DNA from: an uncultured Verrucomicrobia subdivision 3 bacterium
GTDB lineage: Bacteria; Verrucomicrobiota; Verrucomicrobiia; Limisphaerales; UBA11358
Assembly: GCA_903827955.1 (NCBI GenBank)
Contig: CAIKKJ010000075.1
Coordinates: forward strand, 5,147-69,146
Direction of reading: 5' to 3'
Length of the DNA stretch: 64,000 bases
Shown here: piece by piece, positions 30,416 through 39,301 of the stretch
Numbering within the stretch: the stretch's first letter is position 1
Layout: each line of letters opens with the position of its first letter
Program-made: the position numbers and the translations under genes
Notes under the pieces: generated by a model
The model's database searches: none
What the model was told of the DNA's origin: nothing
What the model saw: the letters and a program-made list of their open reading frames with translations, nothing else

Positions 30416-31843
30416 TTAGCACACCCGCGCCACTTCAATGCCAAGCAATTTGCCCAGCTTGTCAATTTTGTCTGCAATGTGACTCACGCCGACCGCGCAA
30501 TGATGCGCCGGGCCGTGCGCGTTCCAGTCGTTGACAAATTTCCGCGCGCCGATGGAAAATTTGTAACGACTGTTCGTATTTCCAATTTCTAAAATTGGTC
30601 CGGAAACGGATTCACCTTCGGCCACGAGCAGTTTTAATTTTCCATCTTTCGTTTCCACGACAGACAGCAACGTCACCGCGCCGTGCTTCACGGACATTTC
30701 CACCGACAAGCCGCGTCCGACTTTGCCGTGATAAACCTTAAGCGGACGCACTTTAGTTTTTCCTTCAGCGATGGCTATGTGACCCGGCCCGTCGTGCCCC
30801 ATGAGCACCACGTCAGCGGCAAAATCCAGCGCGTAATATTCCGTGAACGAGCCGCCCACGCCGAAGGTGTCCATGATCTTCATGGCCTGGGCGTTTTTCA
30901 CTTCGTATTCGCCGGCGACGGGAATGCCGCGCGCGGTCAAAAGTGAATTGCCCAAAATAATCGAGCTGATGGCGTCTTCGTTTTCTGCATTGCCCGTGCC
31001 GCTGTAAAAATACGCGAGCGAGCCGAGGTCGTGTTCCTTCACCAAGCGGTCGAGCGCGACGGAAGTTTTCGCGGCGCGCTCCAACTCCGCTTGCGAACAA
31101 TCCGACTGCACGGCAAAAACTTTTTTGAACTTCGCGACGCGCTCCTTGATCTGGGCGGCAGAAACATCGCGGCGCAGCGCGGCGAGTTCGTCCACCTCCA
31201 AAATTTCCAGATGGCCGCCGAACGTCGCGCATTGCAGCGTGGTGTCGGAATAAATATCCAGCATCCCGCCGTAATAATGTCCCATCAAACCGAGGCGATT
31301 GTGAAACATCTTGTGTGCGACGCGCGCAGCTTCGATCCACGCATCCACTTCGTTCCAGCAAACCGGATCGTCATGCAGCATTCCGGTGACTTGGTGAAAA
31401 TCAATGCCGGCGCGGCTGAAAACATTGGCGATTTCCGGCACGGGACACGCGGCGCAATACGCCAGCCAGTCGCCAGTCATCGCGGTGCGATCGCCCATGC
31501 GGTTAAATTTTTCGTAATCAATCGCGGCGGCGGGCGCGAGATTCAAAATGATGACGGGAACTTTCGCGCGTTGCACCACGGGCAAAACCGTGGACGAAAG
31601 CGCATAAGTTGTGACGTGGAGAAAAATCACATCCACATCGGCCGCACGAAATTGATGTCCGGCTTCCAACGCCTTCACCGGATTGTCAATCAGGCCGAGA
31701 TTCACCACTTCGACGCCGGGACGTTCCAATTTTTTCTGAACGGTGCGAACGTAGCTTTCAAGACGCGGCTTGAGTCCTTTGAACTGCGGCCAGTAAGTGT
31801 CGAGGCCAATGCCGAAGAGACCGACGCGGAGATTACGTTTCAT
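30416..31843 (-). CDS. L-fucose/L-arabinose isomerase family protein
   Basis: GLFGIGLDTYWPQF, AGEYE, SFTE, MGHDGP, GNTN, GPAHH. Confidence 0.8.
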   Translation of the reverse strand: MKRNLRVGLFGIGLDTYWPQFKGLKPRLESYVRTVQKKLERPGVEVVNLGLIDNPVKALEAGHQFRAADVDVIFLHVTTYALSSTVLPVVQRAKVPVIILNLAPAAAIDYEKFNRMGDRTAMTGDWLAYCAACPVPEIANVFSRAGIDFHQVTGMLHDDPVCWNEVDAWIEAARVAHKMFHNRLGLMGHYYGGMLDIYSDTTLQCATFGGHLEILEVDELAALRRDVSAAQIKERVAKFKKVFAVQSDCSQAELERAAKTSVALDRLVKEHDLGSLAYFYSGTGNAENEDAISSIILGNSLLTARGIPVAGEYEVKNAQAMKIMDTFGVGGSFTEYYALDFAADVVLMGHDGPGHIAIAEGKTKVRPLKVYHGKVGRGLSVEMSVKHGAVTLLSVVETKDGKLKLLVAEGESVSGPILEIGNTNSRYKFSIGARKFVNDWNAHGPAHHCAVGVSHIADKIDKLGKLLGIEVARVC

Positions 31844-31865
31844 ATGGAAAAAGCTTCAGAGTTCA

Positions 31866-31944
31866 AACCGCGAACCACGCGAAATACACGAACGAATTAA
31901 TTTTTGATTTCGAGTATTTCGAGTGTTTCGTGTGTTTCGCGGTC
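31866..31944. repeat. Imperfect palindrome of 9-bp units
   Basis: aaccgcgaa ccacgcgaa atacacgaa ... tttcgagta tttcgagtg tttcgtgtg tttcgcggt. Confidence 0.8.
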
Positions 31945-31958
31945 AAAATTGTTTTTGT

Positions 31959-32348
31959 TCAACCCGAAATCAAAATGGTGTTCGCATATTGCGTCGTGTC
32001 GCCGGTGCGGATCAAGCCGATGGCGTGCGGCACGCGTTTTTTGAAATCCACATGCGGCTCGAATTTTGTCGGCACGCCGCGCAGCGCGGTGGCGAATTTT
32101 GCGCGCGTGGCGGGGGAATTGTTTCTCAGGAACTCCTTCGCCTGAAATGCCTGGGTGAAATTGTGGTTCGCGCGCACGGCGGCGATGAGTTGCAGCACCG
32201 TCGGCAAATCGTCCACGATGGAGATGTCTACCGTTTCAATCATCGGCCAGAACGGAAAGCCGCGGTCGGCAATGACGAGCGCGTTCGTATGCCGCACGCG
32301 CGCGAGCAGCGAGAGGATTTGCGGATTGAGAATACCGTGGTTAATCAT
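31959..32348 (-). CDS. RbsD/FucU family sugar mutarotase/pyranase
   Basis: GILNP, H....VIAD.GFP, H..FK, IRTGD...YAN. Confidence 0.88.
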   Translation of the reverse strand: MINHGILNPQILSLLARVRHTNALVIADRGFPFWPMIETVDISIVDDLPTVLQLIAAVRANHNFTQAFQAKEFLRNNSPATRAKFATALRGVPTKFEPHVDFKKRVPHAIGLIRTGDTTQYANTILISG

Positions 32349-32409
32349 GCTTGGATTATCGGAGAAACCGGCTCCCCGTCAATCCGTCAAAAACCGCCGC
32401 CGGTAATTT

Positions 32410-33387
32410 TTAAATTCTAAAATGGCTGCCCGTGAACTTTGGAAAAATCTGCATGACCCACGCTCCGATTAGCCGGCAATGCCAATACACCAACACCACG
32501 CCCAAGGCGAGCGGCACTTCACGCCGGGCCAGGCCGGCTTTTTTTCGCTGCCAAAAAATGGCTTTGCCTCCCTCGAACATTGCGGCATACGAGCGGCGCA
32601 GCTCGCGGTAGCTTTCACGCCCAAACCAGGATTGGCCACGAAATGTCCGGCGCAGCAGCAAATCATCGCGTCCCTGGGCCAGACCACGAATTAAAAAATG
32701 CCGTCCACCGTTAGGCGGCGGGTGGCTGACCTGTGCCCCGGTGTGCTGGTGGATTTTCATCCCGCTGTTCCGCCATACCACGGCAAGCTGCACACAGGCA
32801 CCACGGGTCGCCCCCGCTGCCATCCTGGGAAATTCAAATTTCCCCAGCAAGCATCTGCGGATAGCAAAATTGTTTGCGTGAAAAACCGGTGACTCCTTTA
32901 ACACCGCTTCGGTTGCACGCAGCGGAAAAAACCAGCTCAACGCCATCGCCCGCCCCAGAAAATCTGACTGGTCGAGATAAGTATGCCCGGCCACCACGTT
33001 CACCTCCGGGTGGACGAACGATTGCAGGAGCGTGACCAGCCAGCCCGGGTCGGGAATGACGTCACTATCCAAAAAAACGATGATTTTGCCCTCCGCCGAC
33101 CGTGCACCGAAATTTTTTAGCTCGTAATAGTTCAGCCCGGCCGCCGCTGCCAATCGCCATTCTATGTGCGCATCGCCCGCTTGAAATACCTGCGCCAGTT
33201 CATTCCGGACGAGTGCCGCCGGAATGTATTCGTTCAAGGCGACAATGATTTCAAAGTCCACCGCTGGCTGGGCGGCTGCGTTCAGTTCCAAAATCTGTCG
33301 GCGAACTTCCCGCAACATCCGGCGGCAGCGGTCCATTTCTGACAGCCGCACGTTTTCCCATTCAATGACGATAGAGAATTTTTCCAT
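32410..33387 (-). CDS. Family 2 glycosyltransferase
   Basis: KN.GA....G.IIVFLDSDVIP...W; ANNFA. Confidence 0.75.
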   Translation of the reverse strand: MEKFSIVIEWENVRLSEMDRCRRMLREVRRQILELNAAAQPAVDFEIIVALNEYIPAALVRNELAQVFQAGDAHIEWRLAAAAGLNYYELKNFGARSAEGKIIVFLDSDVIPDPGWLVTLLQSFVHPEVNVVAGHTYLDQSDFLGRAMALSWFFPLRATEAVLKESPVFHANNFAIRRCLLGKFEFPRMAAGATRGACVQLAVVWRNSGMKIHQHTGAQVSHPPPNGGRHFLIRGLAQGRDDLLLRRTFRGQSWFGRESYRELRRSYAAMFEGGKAIFWQRKKAGLARREVPLALGVVLVYWHCRLIGAWVMQIFPKFTGSHFRI

Positions 33388-33388
33388 G

Positions 33389-34816
33389 TCAGACCGTTTG
33401 CGTCAATCGTCGGCCGAGTTGTAAAAGTTTTTCCATGTCCGCAGCGGACTTGCCCTCGGCGTAAATGCGCAGCACCGGCTCGGTGCCGGAGCCACGCAGC
33501 ATTAGCCACGTTGAATCCCCGGCGACAAATTTCACGCCGTCGCGCGCGTCCACTTTTGCGAGCGGCGAACGGAGAAGTTTTTTTGGCGGATTGGTTTTCA
33601 GCGATTCCATGAGCGCGGCGCGTTTCTCCAGCGGATAATGCGCGTCGTAACGGCCGTAGCGATGCGGGCCAAACTCCTTTTCCAGCCGCGCGTAAATTCT
33701 ATTCACGGAAATTTTTTCCATCGCCAGCATTTCCAGCAGAAACAAACCGGCCGCCAAACCATCCCGTTCGGGAATGTGGTTGGCAAAACCGACCGAGCCG
33801 CTTTCTTCTGCGCCGAAGAGCGCGCCCGGCTTCATCATTTCCGGCGCGATGAAGCGAAAGCCGATGCCGACTTCGGTGAGCGGCAGATTCCACGCCCCGC
33901 ACATTTTGTCCACCATCGCCGTGGTGTTAAAAGTTTTCGTCACCGTGCCGCGCCCGCCGCGGTTGCGCACGAGATGATGCAGCAACAGCGCGATGACTTG
34001 CTGATTCGTCAGCGGATTGCCGCGCCCGTCCATCGCGCCGATGCGGTCGGAATCGCCATCGGTCACGAGGCAGATGGCGTGCGGATTCTTTTTTAACTGC
34101 GCGCCGCCGAGTGCGTAATTTTTCGGCAACGGCTCCGGGCAGATGCCGCCGAATAAAACATCATGCTTGGAATTCAGCGTGGTGACGGTGCAATTTGTCT
34201 TCGCCAGTAGTGTTTCAAAAACTCCCGCGCCGACGCCGAACAACGGATCATGCGCCACGCGCAATTTGGATTTGGCGATGAGCTTGAAATCCACGAGTTT
34301 TTTGATGGCAGCGAAATGTGCGGGGCGAATGTCTTGAACGGAAATTTTTAGTTTTGAATTTTTAGTTTTTGGTTGCGGCTGACTGCGGTCCAAAAACCTT
34401 TCAACGGCCTTGCACGTCTCCGCGTCGCTGCTGCCGCCGAAGTGCGACTTGAGCTTGAAGCCGTTGAAGATCGGTGGATTATGGCTGGCGGTGATCACCA
34501 CGCCGCCGACCGCACCGAGATTTTTCACCGCAAAGGAAACGCACGGCGCCGGCGTCGGCGTGGAGGTGAGGATGACTTGAAAATTATTCCCCGCAAAAAC
34601 CTCGGCGGTGATTTGTGCAAAACGGTCGGAGAAAAAACGGCGGTCGTAGCCGACAATTACTTTTGGCTCGCGCCCAAAAATTTCAGATTGCGGATTTGAA
34701 ATTTCAGATTTCCAAAAATCCGCCGTGGCTTGCGCGACGCGCGCGACGTTGGCAAAGGTAAAATCTTCCGCGATGACCGCGCGCCAGCCGTCCGTGCCGA
34801 ATTTGATCTGGCTCAT
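33389..34816 (-). CDS. Phosphoglucomutase/phosphomannomutase family protein
   Basis: IKFGTDGWR, TASHNP, DGDSDR, GAEESG, R.SGTEPVLRIYAE; ATG overlaps the rpe stop. Confidence 0.92.
   Translation of the reverse strand: MSQIKFGTDGWRAVIAEDFTFANVARVAQATADFWKSEISNPQSEIFGREPKVIVGYDRRFFSDRFAQITAEVFAGNNFQVILTSTPTPAPCVSFAVKNLGAVGGVVITASHNPPIFNGFKLKSHFGGSSDAETCKAVERFLDRSQPQPKTKNSKLKISVQDIRPAHFAAIKKLVDFKLIAKSKLRVAHDPLFGVGAGVFETLLAKTNCTVTTLNSKHDVLFGGICPEPLPKNYALGGAQLKKNPHAICLVTDGDSDRIGAMDGRGNPLTNQQVIALLLHHLVRNRGGRGTVTKTFNTTAMVDKMCGAWNLPLTEVGIGFRFIAPEMMKPGALFGAEESGSVGFANHIPERDGLAAGLFLLEMLAMEKISVNRIYARLEKEFGPHRYGRYDAHYPLEKRAALMESLKTNPPKKLLRSPLAKVDARDGVKFVAGDSTWLMLRGSGTEPVLRIYAEGKSAADMEKLLQLGRRLTQTV
34343..34374 (-). 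repeat. 7-bp-period tract in frame in pgm/pmm
   Basis: Minus strand aaccaaa aactaaa aattcaa aactaaa aatt (PKTKNSKLKI); resembles the right arm of 15465-15558. Confidence 0.75.
34679..34713 (-). repeat. Second 7-bp-period tract in frame in pgm/pmm
   Basis: Minus strand ggaaatc tgaaatt tcaaatc cgcaatc tgaaatt (KSEISNPQSEI). Confidence 0.75.
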
Positions 34817-35529
34817 AGCGCAAACGATGGTGGCGGTAGCGAAGGCACGGCAAGGTCGGCGAGCGCCGGGTCGCTGGCGCAGGCGATCTTCCGCATTTTT
34901 TTGACGGCCGCGCCCATGTTGCGCTGGCTGAACAGCGCGGTCCCGGCCACAAACGTATCCGCCCCGGCGCGGGCGCATTCGGCGACAGTTTGGTTGTTGA
35001 TGCCGCCGTCCACCTCGATGCGATAATTCAATTTCCGTTCGCGCCGCCAAGTTTCCGCCTGCTGGATTTTGGGCAGGCATTCGTGGATAAAACTTTGCCC
35101 GCCGAAGCCGGGATTAACAGTCATCACGAGCAGCAAATCAATTTTGTCGAGATACGGCGCGGCTTCGGCGATGGCGGTGGGCGGGTTGACGGCGAGACCG
35201 ACTTTTTTGCCGAGCGATTTTATTTTCCAGAGGAGCTGCGGAACTTTGTCGCCGAGTTCTACGTGGACGATGATTTGGTCCGCGCCGGCTTTGACAAACG
35301 GCTCCAGCAAAATTTCCGGCTTGCCGCACATCAGATGCACGTCGAAGAAAAGTTTTTTGGCGTGCGGCCGAACGGCGGCGACGACGGCGGGGCCGAAGGA
35401 AATGTTCGGCACGAACTGGCCGTCCATGATGTCGAGGTGCAGCCAGTCGGCCCCGGCGCGTTCGGCGCGTTCAGCCTCCTTGCCAAGGCGGGTGAAGTCG
35501 GCGGCGAGCAGTGACGGCGCAATTATCAT
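34813..35529 (-). CDS. rpe: Ribulose-phosphate 3-epimerase
   Basis: IAPSLL.ADF, HLDIMDG.FVPN, DVHLM, MTVNPGFGGQ, EVDGG. Confidence 0.95.
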   Translation of the reverse strand: MIIAPSLLAADFTRLGKEAERAERAGADWLHLDIMDGQFVPNISFGPAVVAAVRPHAKKLFFDVHLMCGKPEILLEPFVKAGADQIIVHVELGDKVPQLLWKIKSLGKKVGLAVNPPTAIAEAAPYLDKIDLLLVMTVNPGFGGQSFIHECLPKIQQAETWRRERKLNYRIEVDGGINNQTVAECARAGADTFVAGTALFSQRNMGAAVKKMRKIACASDPALADLAVPSLPPPSFAL

Positions 35530-35536
35530 GGCGCGA

Positions 35537-35575
35537 GGATAGCGGATGAAGGCTGGCGGATGGAAGATGGAAAAT
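35537..35575. repeat. Intergenic 7-bp-period tract
   Basis: ggatagc ggatgaa ggctggc ggatgga agatgga aaat. Confidence 0.6.
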
Positions 35576-35585
35576 TTCCGCCGTG

Positions 35586-38500
35586 TTATTTTTTCTTCGC
35601 GTCGAGGCTTTTGCGGACGATCCGGGCCAGCGCATGCGGCAGATACGGCTTTTGCAAATAATTCAAATCCGGGTCAAGCTTGAACCCCTTGCCCAGCGCA
35701 TCGGCACCGTAGCCGGTGGAAAAAACGACTTTTAAATCCGGCTTCTCCGCCCACAGTTTTTCGGCCAGCTCGCGGCCGTTCATGCCGCCGGGCATGATGA
35801 CATCGGTGAATACGAGCTGGATTTCGTTTTTGTAATCGCGCCAGATTTGCAGGGCGTTGTTGCCATCTACCGCCTGAAACACGCGGTAGCCGTGGCGGTT
35901 TAGCGTGCGGGTGATAATCTCGCGCAAGTCACGCTCGTCCTCGACCACGAGCACGGTCTCCGTGCCGCCGAGCGCGCGGAACTGCGTCTCGGTGGCGGCC
36001 TCAATCTCCGGTGCGAGCACGGCACTGGCGGGCAGAAAAATATTGAACGTGGTGCCCTTGCCCATTTCACTATCAATCTCAATCCAACCTTTGTGCTGTT
36101 TGACAATGCCATAGACGGTCGCCAAGCCAAGGCCTGTGCCTTTGCCAAGTTCCTTCGTGGTAAAAAACGGCTCAAAAATGCGCGGCAAATTTTCCGGCGG
36201 AATGCCATCGCCCGTGTCGGTGTGGCTCAAACAGACAAATTTTCCCGGCGTGGCCTCGACGGATTTGCGGATGTGCGCCGTGTCCACGTCGCGCATCGAA
36301 ATGCGGATTGCCAGCCGTCCGCCCCGCGGCATCGCGTCGCGCGAGTTCACGGACAGGTTCAATAAGATCTGTTCCAGCATCGTCGGGTCGGCCTCGACAA
36401 TCGCCGGCTGGCCGTTGAAATGTATCTGCAACGCGATGTCCTCGCCGAGCAACCGGCTGAGCATTTCCTTCATGCCGCCAACCACGCGATTCAAATCCAG
36501 CGGACGCGGATTGACGATTTGTTTGCGGCCGAACGCCAGCAACTGCCGGGTGAGACCAGCGGCGCGTTCGGATGCTTGCTTGATCTGGTTGGCGGAGACG
36601 AGCGCCTTCGGCTCCAGCGGCGTCATCGCCAGCAGCGATGCGTGCCCGAGGATGATGGTGAGGATGTTGTTGAAATCGTGCGCCACGCCGCCGGCGAGCT
36701 GGCCGATGGCCTCCATCTTTTGCGACTGGCGCAATTGCTCTTCCAAGCGTTTATGCAGCGTGATGTCGCGGAATAGGCTCAACAGGAGGCGCGGCTTGCC
36801 GCCCGCGCTGACGTAGGAATCGGTGACTTCCAAAACCAGCCGGCGGCCATCTTGCAACACGGCCTGATGCTCCACATTACTACGGGCGATGCAAGCGGTG
36901 AAATTAGTGCGGTATTGAAGTAACACCTGTTCCGTGTCCGCATCTGCCGCGTAGGCCACGCTCAATGGCCGGCCTTCAAGTTTTTCCTGCGGCAGACCTA
37001 CGAGGCGGCAATACGCGCCGTTCACCGCCACGATACTTCCGTTTTCATCGGTGAGCCGCATGCCGTCCACGGAATTTTCCCAGACGGAGCGAAACAACGT
37101 TTCCGAGCTGCGCAACGCCATCTCCGCCGCATGGCGCTCGCTGACATCGCGGACATGGAACAGCAGTGCCGGGCGGCCCTCAAATTCCACGCGCACCACG
37201 CGGCCCTCCACCGGAATGATGTTCCCGTTCGAGGCCACGCTTTCGCTCTCGAACCATTTGACTTCGCCGGCGGCGATCTTCACGAGATTTTCCCGTGCGT
37301 ATTCGCGGCGCGACGGCGGGATGAGCTGCTCGATGGCGTTCTGGCCAATCAAAGCCTCACGCGGCAATCCATGCAACCGGCAGGCGGCGGCATTCACGTC
37401 CAACACATTCGCCTGCAAGTCCTCGACAAAAATTGCATCCGGCGAATTTTCAAACAGATCATGGAACCGCTGCTGGCTATGTCGCAATTCTTCCTCGGCG
37501 TGCACGCGCTGCAACGCGCCACCGCATTGATCGGCCAGTGTCTGCAACGTCTGCGCATCGTTAGCGGCAAAACTGTGCGACCGGCGGCTCTGGATGAATA
37601 GCACGCCGATGACGCGTTCGCCGTTGCGGATGGGTGCCACCATCGTGGTGCCGATTTTCTCGCCGGTTTCCTGCGCCGAAATCACCTCCGCACCCCGGGT
37701 GACGACGCGGCGGACAATCGCATTCGCATGCTGCGGCTGGGTTGAGCCGGGGATTTCCACTCGTTTGCCGTCAATCGTCGTGATGGTCAGCAGCGAAACC
37801 ACCTCGTCTTTTTCCGACGAATACAAATCCAACGCGAAATCATCCCAGCGGAACAGTTCGTCCGCCGCCTCGCAGATGAACATCGCCGCCTCGGCCGCCG
37901 TCGTGACCGCGCTCAACTGGTGGCTTAACTTTCCGAACAGCGCATTGTGGTGCGCGGCGCGACGGCGCACGGTCACATCCGTGGCCATTGTGAGCGCGGC
38001 GAGTTTGCCGTGAAAGGCGAGCGGCGACCAAACGACCTCCATGTCCATCGTCGTGCCGTCCTTGCGGCGATGACGCCAGACGAGGCCGCTGGCATTCGCG
38101 TCCGGCAACGCAGATTTGAGCTGGCCGGCAAACTCACCCGCGCGCAAATCCGCGAGGCTCATCTTCAAAAATTCATCGCGCGCGTAGCCGTAGTGCTGCA
38201 CCGCCGCCTCGTTGATCTCCAAAATTTTCAATGTTTCCAGATCGAAGACCCACATCGGATGCGGGTTGCCCTGGAACAAAAGCCGGTATTGTTTCTCACT
38301 GCGCTTGAGTTCCTCCTGCGTCTCATGGCGCAAGACGCGTTCCGCCGCCTCGGCCACCGCCCGGCGCACGGCGGACGGCAGACGGTCGCGGTTTTGTTTG
38401 AGGACGTAGTCCGTCGCGCCGGCCTTGAGGCTTTCAATGGCCGCGTGTTCACCAATGGTGCCGGACATCAGGATGAATGGCAGGAGCGGAAGTTTTTCGC

Positions 38501-38717
38501 GGACGATTTTCAACGCGTCCAGCCCCGTGAAGTCCGGCAGCTTGTAATCCGAGATGAGCACATCCCATTTCTGCGACTCGAGCGCTGCGAGAAATTCCGC
38601 GCGGTTGCTGACCAGCCGGATGTCCGCCGACAGGCTGTCGTGCTCCAGCAAATCGCGCACCAGCAGCGCGTCGGCCGGGTTGTCTTCCAGATGCAGGATG
38701 CGGAGCGTTGGGTTCAT
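35586..38717 (-). CDS. Hybrid sensor histidine kinase (REC-PAS-GAF-PAS-PAS-HisKA-HATPase-REC)
   Basis: ILHLED; three PAS and one GAF domain; [10 protein letters not shown]; [13 protein letters not shown]; C-terminal receiver. Confidence 0.92.
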   Translation of the reverse strand: MNPTLRILHLEDNPADALLVRDLLEHDSLSADIRLVSNRAEFLAALESQKWDVLISDYKLPDFTGLDALKIVREKLPLLPFILMSGTIGEHAAIESLKAGATDYVLKQNRDRLPSAVRRAVAEAAERVLRHETQEELKRSEKQYRLLFQGNPHPMWVFDLETLKILEINEAAVQHYGYARDEFLKMSLADLRAGEFAGQLKSALPDANASGLVWRHRRKDGTTMDMEVVWSPLAFHGKLAALTMATDVTVRRRAAHHNALFGKLSHQLSAVTTAAEAAMFICEAADELFRWDDFALDLYSSEKDEVVSLLTITTIDGKRVEIPGSTQPQHANAIVRRVVTRGAEVISAQETGEKIGTTMVAPIRNGERVIGVLFIQSRRSHSFAANDAQTLQTLADQCGGALQRVHAEEELRHSQQRFHDLFENSPDAIFVEDLQANVLDVNAAACRLHGLPREALIGQNAIEQLIPPSRREYARENLVKIAAGEVKWFESESVASNGNIIPVEGRVVRVEFEGRPALLFHVRDVSERHAAEMALRSSETLFRSVWENSVDGMRLTDENGSIVAVNGAYCRLVGLPQEKLEGRPLSVAYAADADTEQVLLQYRTNFTACIARSNVEHQAVLQDGRRLVLEVTDSYVSAGGKPRLLLSLFRDITLHKRLEEQLRQSQKMEAIGQLAGGVAHDFNNILTIILGHASLLAMTPLEPKALVSANQIKQASERAAGLTRQLLAFGRKQIVNPRPLDLNRVVGGMKEMLSRLLGEDIALQIHFNGQPAIVEADPTMLEQILLNLSVNSRDAMPRGGRLAIRISMRDVDTAHIRKSVEATPGKFVCLSHTDTGDGIPPENLPRIFEPFFTTKELGKGTGLGLATVYGIVKQHKGWIEIDSEMGKGTTFNIFLPASAVLAPEIEAATETQFRALGGTETVLVVEDERDLREIITRTLNRHGYRVFQAVDGNNALQIWRDYKNEIQLVFTDVIMPGGMNGRELAEKLWAEKPDLKVVFSTGYGADALGKGFKLDPDLNYLQKPYLPHALARIVRKSLDAKKK

Positions 38718-38945
38718 TCCGAAAAATTTCTCCAAAACGAGCAAATTTCACGCCGCACACACGGCATCACGGTAAAAGAGCAGCCGGCGACAAAAATGTA
38801 AAGAACAGACGGTTTTCCGAGCCAATCCCACGCAGAGCGCCGAAATGGGCGCGTTCAAGATTGGGACAGAATGAAAGTTTTTAGACGTTGACTTCTCCAA
38901 CGCATCCGCTAGATTTTGCGGCCTTTTACGCAACTAGAATAATTT

Positions 38946-39224
38946 ATGCCGAACACGAAGTCAGCCGAACGCCGCATGCGCGGCAGCGCCCGCAAAAACC
39001 TGCACAACCGCAGCATCGCCTCCAACCTGCGCCGCGTGGAAAAAGAATTCCGCGCCGTGGTTGCCGCCGGCAAAAAAGATGAAGCGGTCAAGCTGCTCCC
39101 CGGCGTTCATTCCGCCTACGATAAGGCCGTGAAATCCGGCGTCGTCAAGCGCCCCACCGCCAACCGCAAGAAATCACGTCTAGCGCTCACGCTAGCCGCC
39201 AAGCCAGCCGCCGCGAAGAAATAA
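38946..39224 (+). CDS. rpsT: 30S ribosomal protein S20
   Basis: MPNTKSAERR, DKAVK.G......A.RKKSRL. Confidence 0.95.
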   Translation: MPNTKSAERRMRGSARKNLHNRSIASNLRRVEKEFRAVVAAGKKDEAVKLLPGVHSAYDKAVKSGVVKRPTANRKKSRLALTLAAKPAAAKK

Positions 39225-39242
39225 TTTTCCGCAAACGAAAAT

Positions 39243-39281
39243 AAAAAGCCGGAGCAATTTTGCTCCGGCTTTTTTGTTTTT
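39243..39281. terminator. Bidirectional intrinsic terminator between rpsT and aspS
   Basis: AAAAAGCCGGAGCAA-t-TTTGCTCCGGCTTTTTT. Confidence 0.85.
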
Positions 39282-39301
39282 CAAAGTTTCGGCAATCTGC
39301 C

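Noticed and set aside
34817-35080. N-terminal extensions given by the ORF track (pgm, rhaA, leuS, HpnK-like gene, GH, ArnT-like gene)
   Set aside because: They overlap neighbouring genes or promoters. Downstream ATGs match the family N-termini and were used instead.
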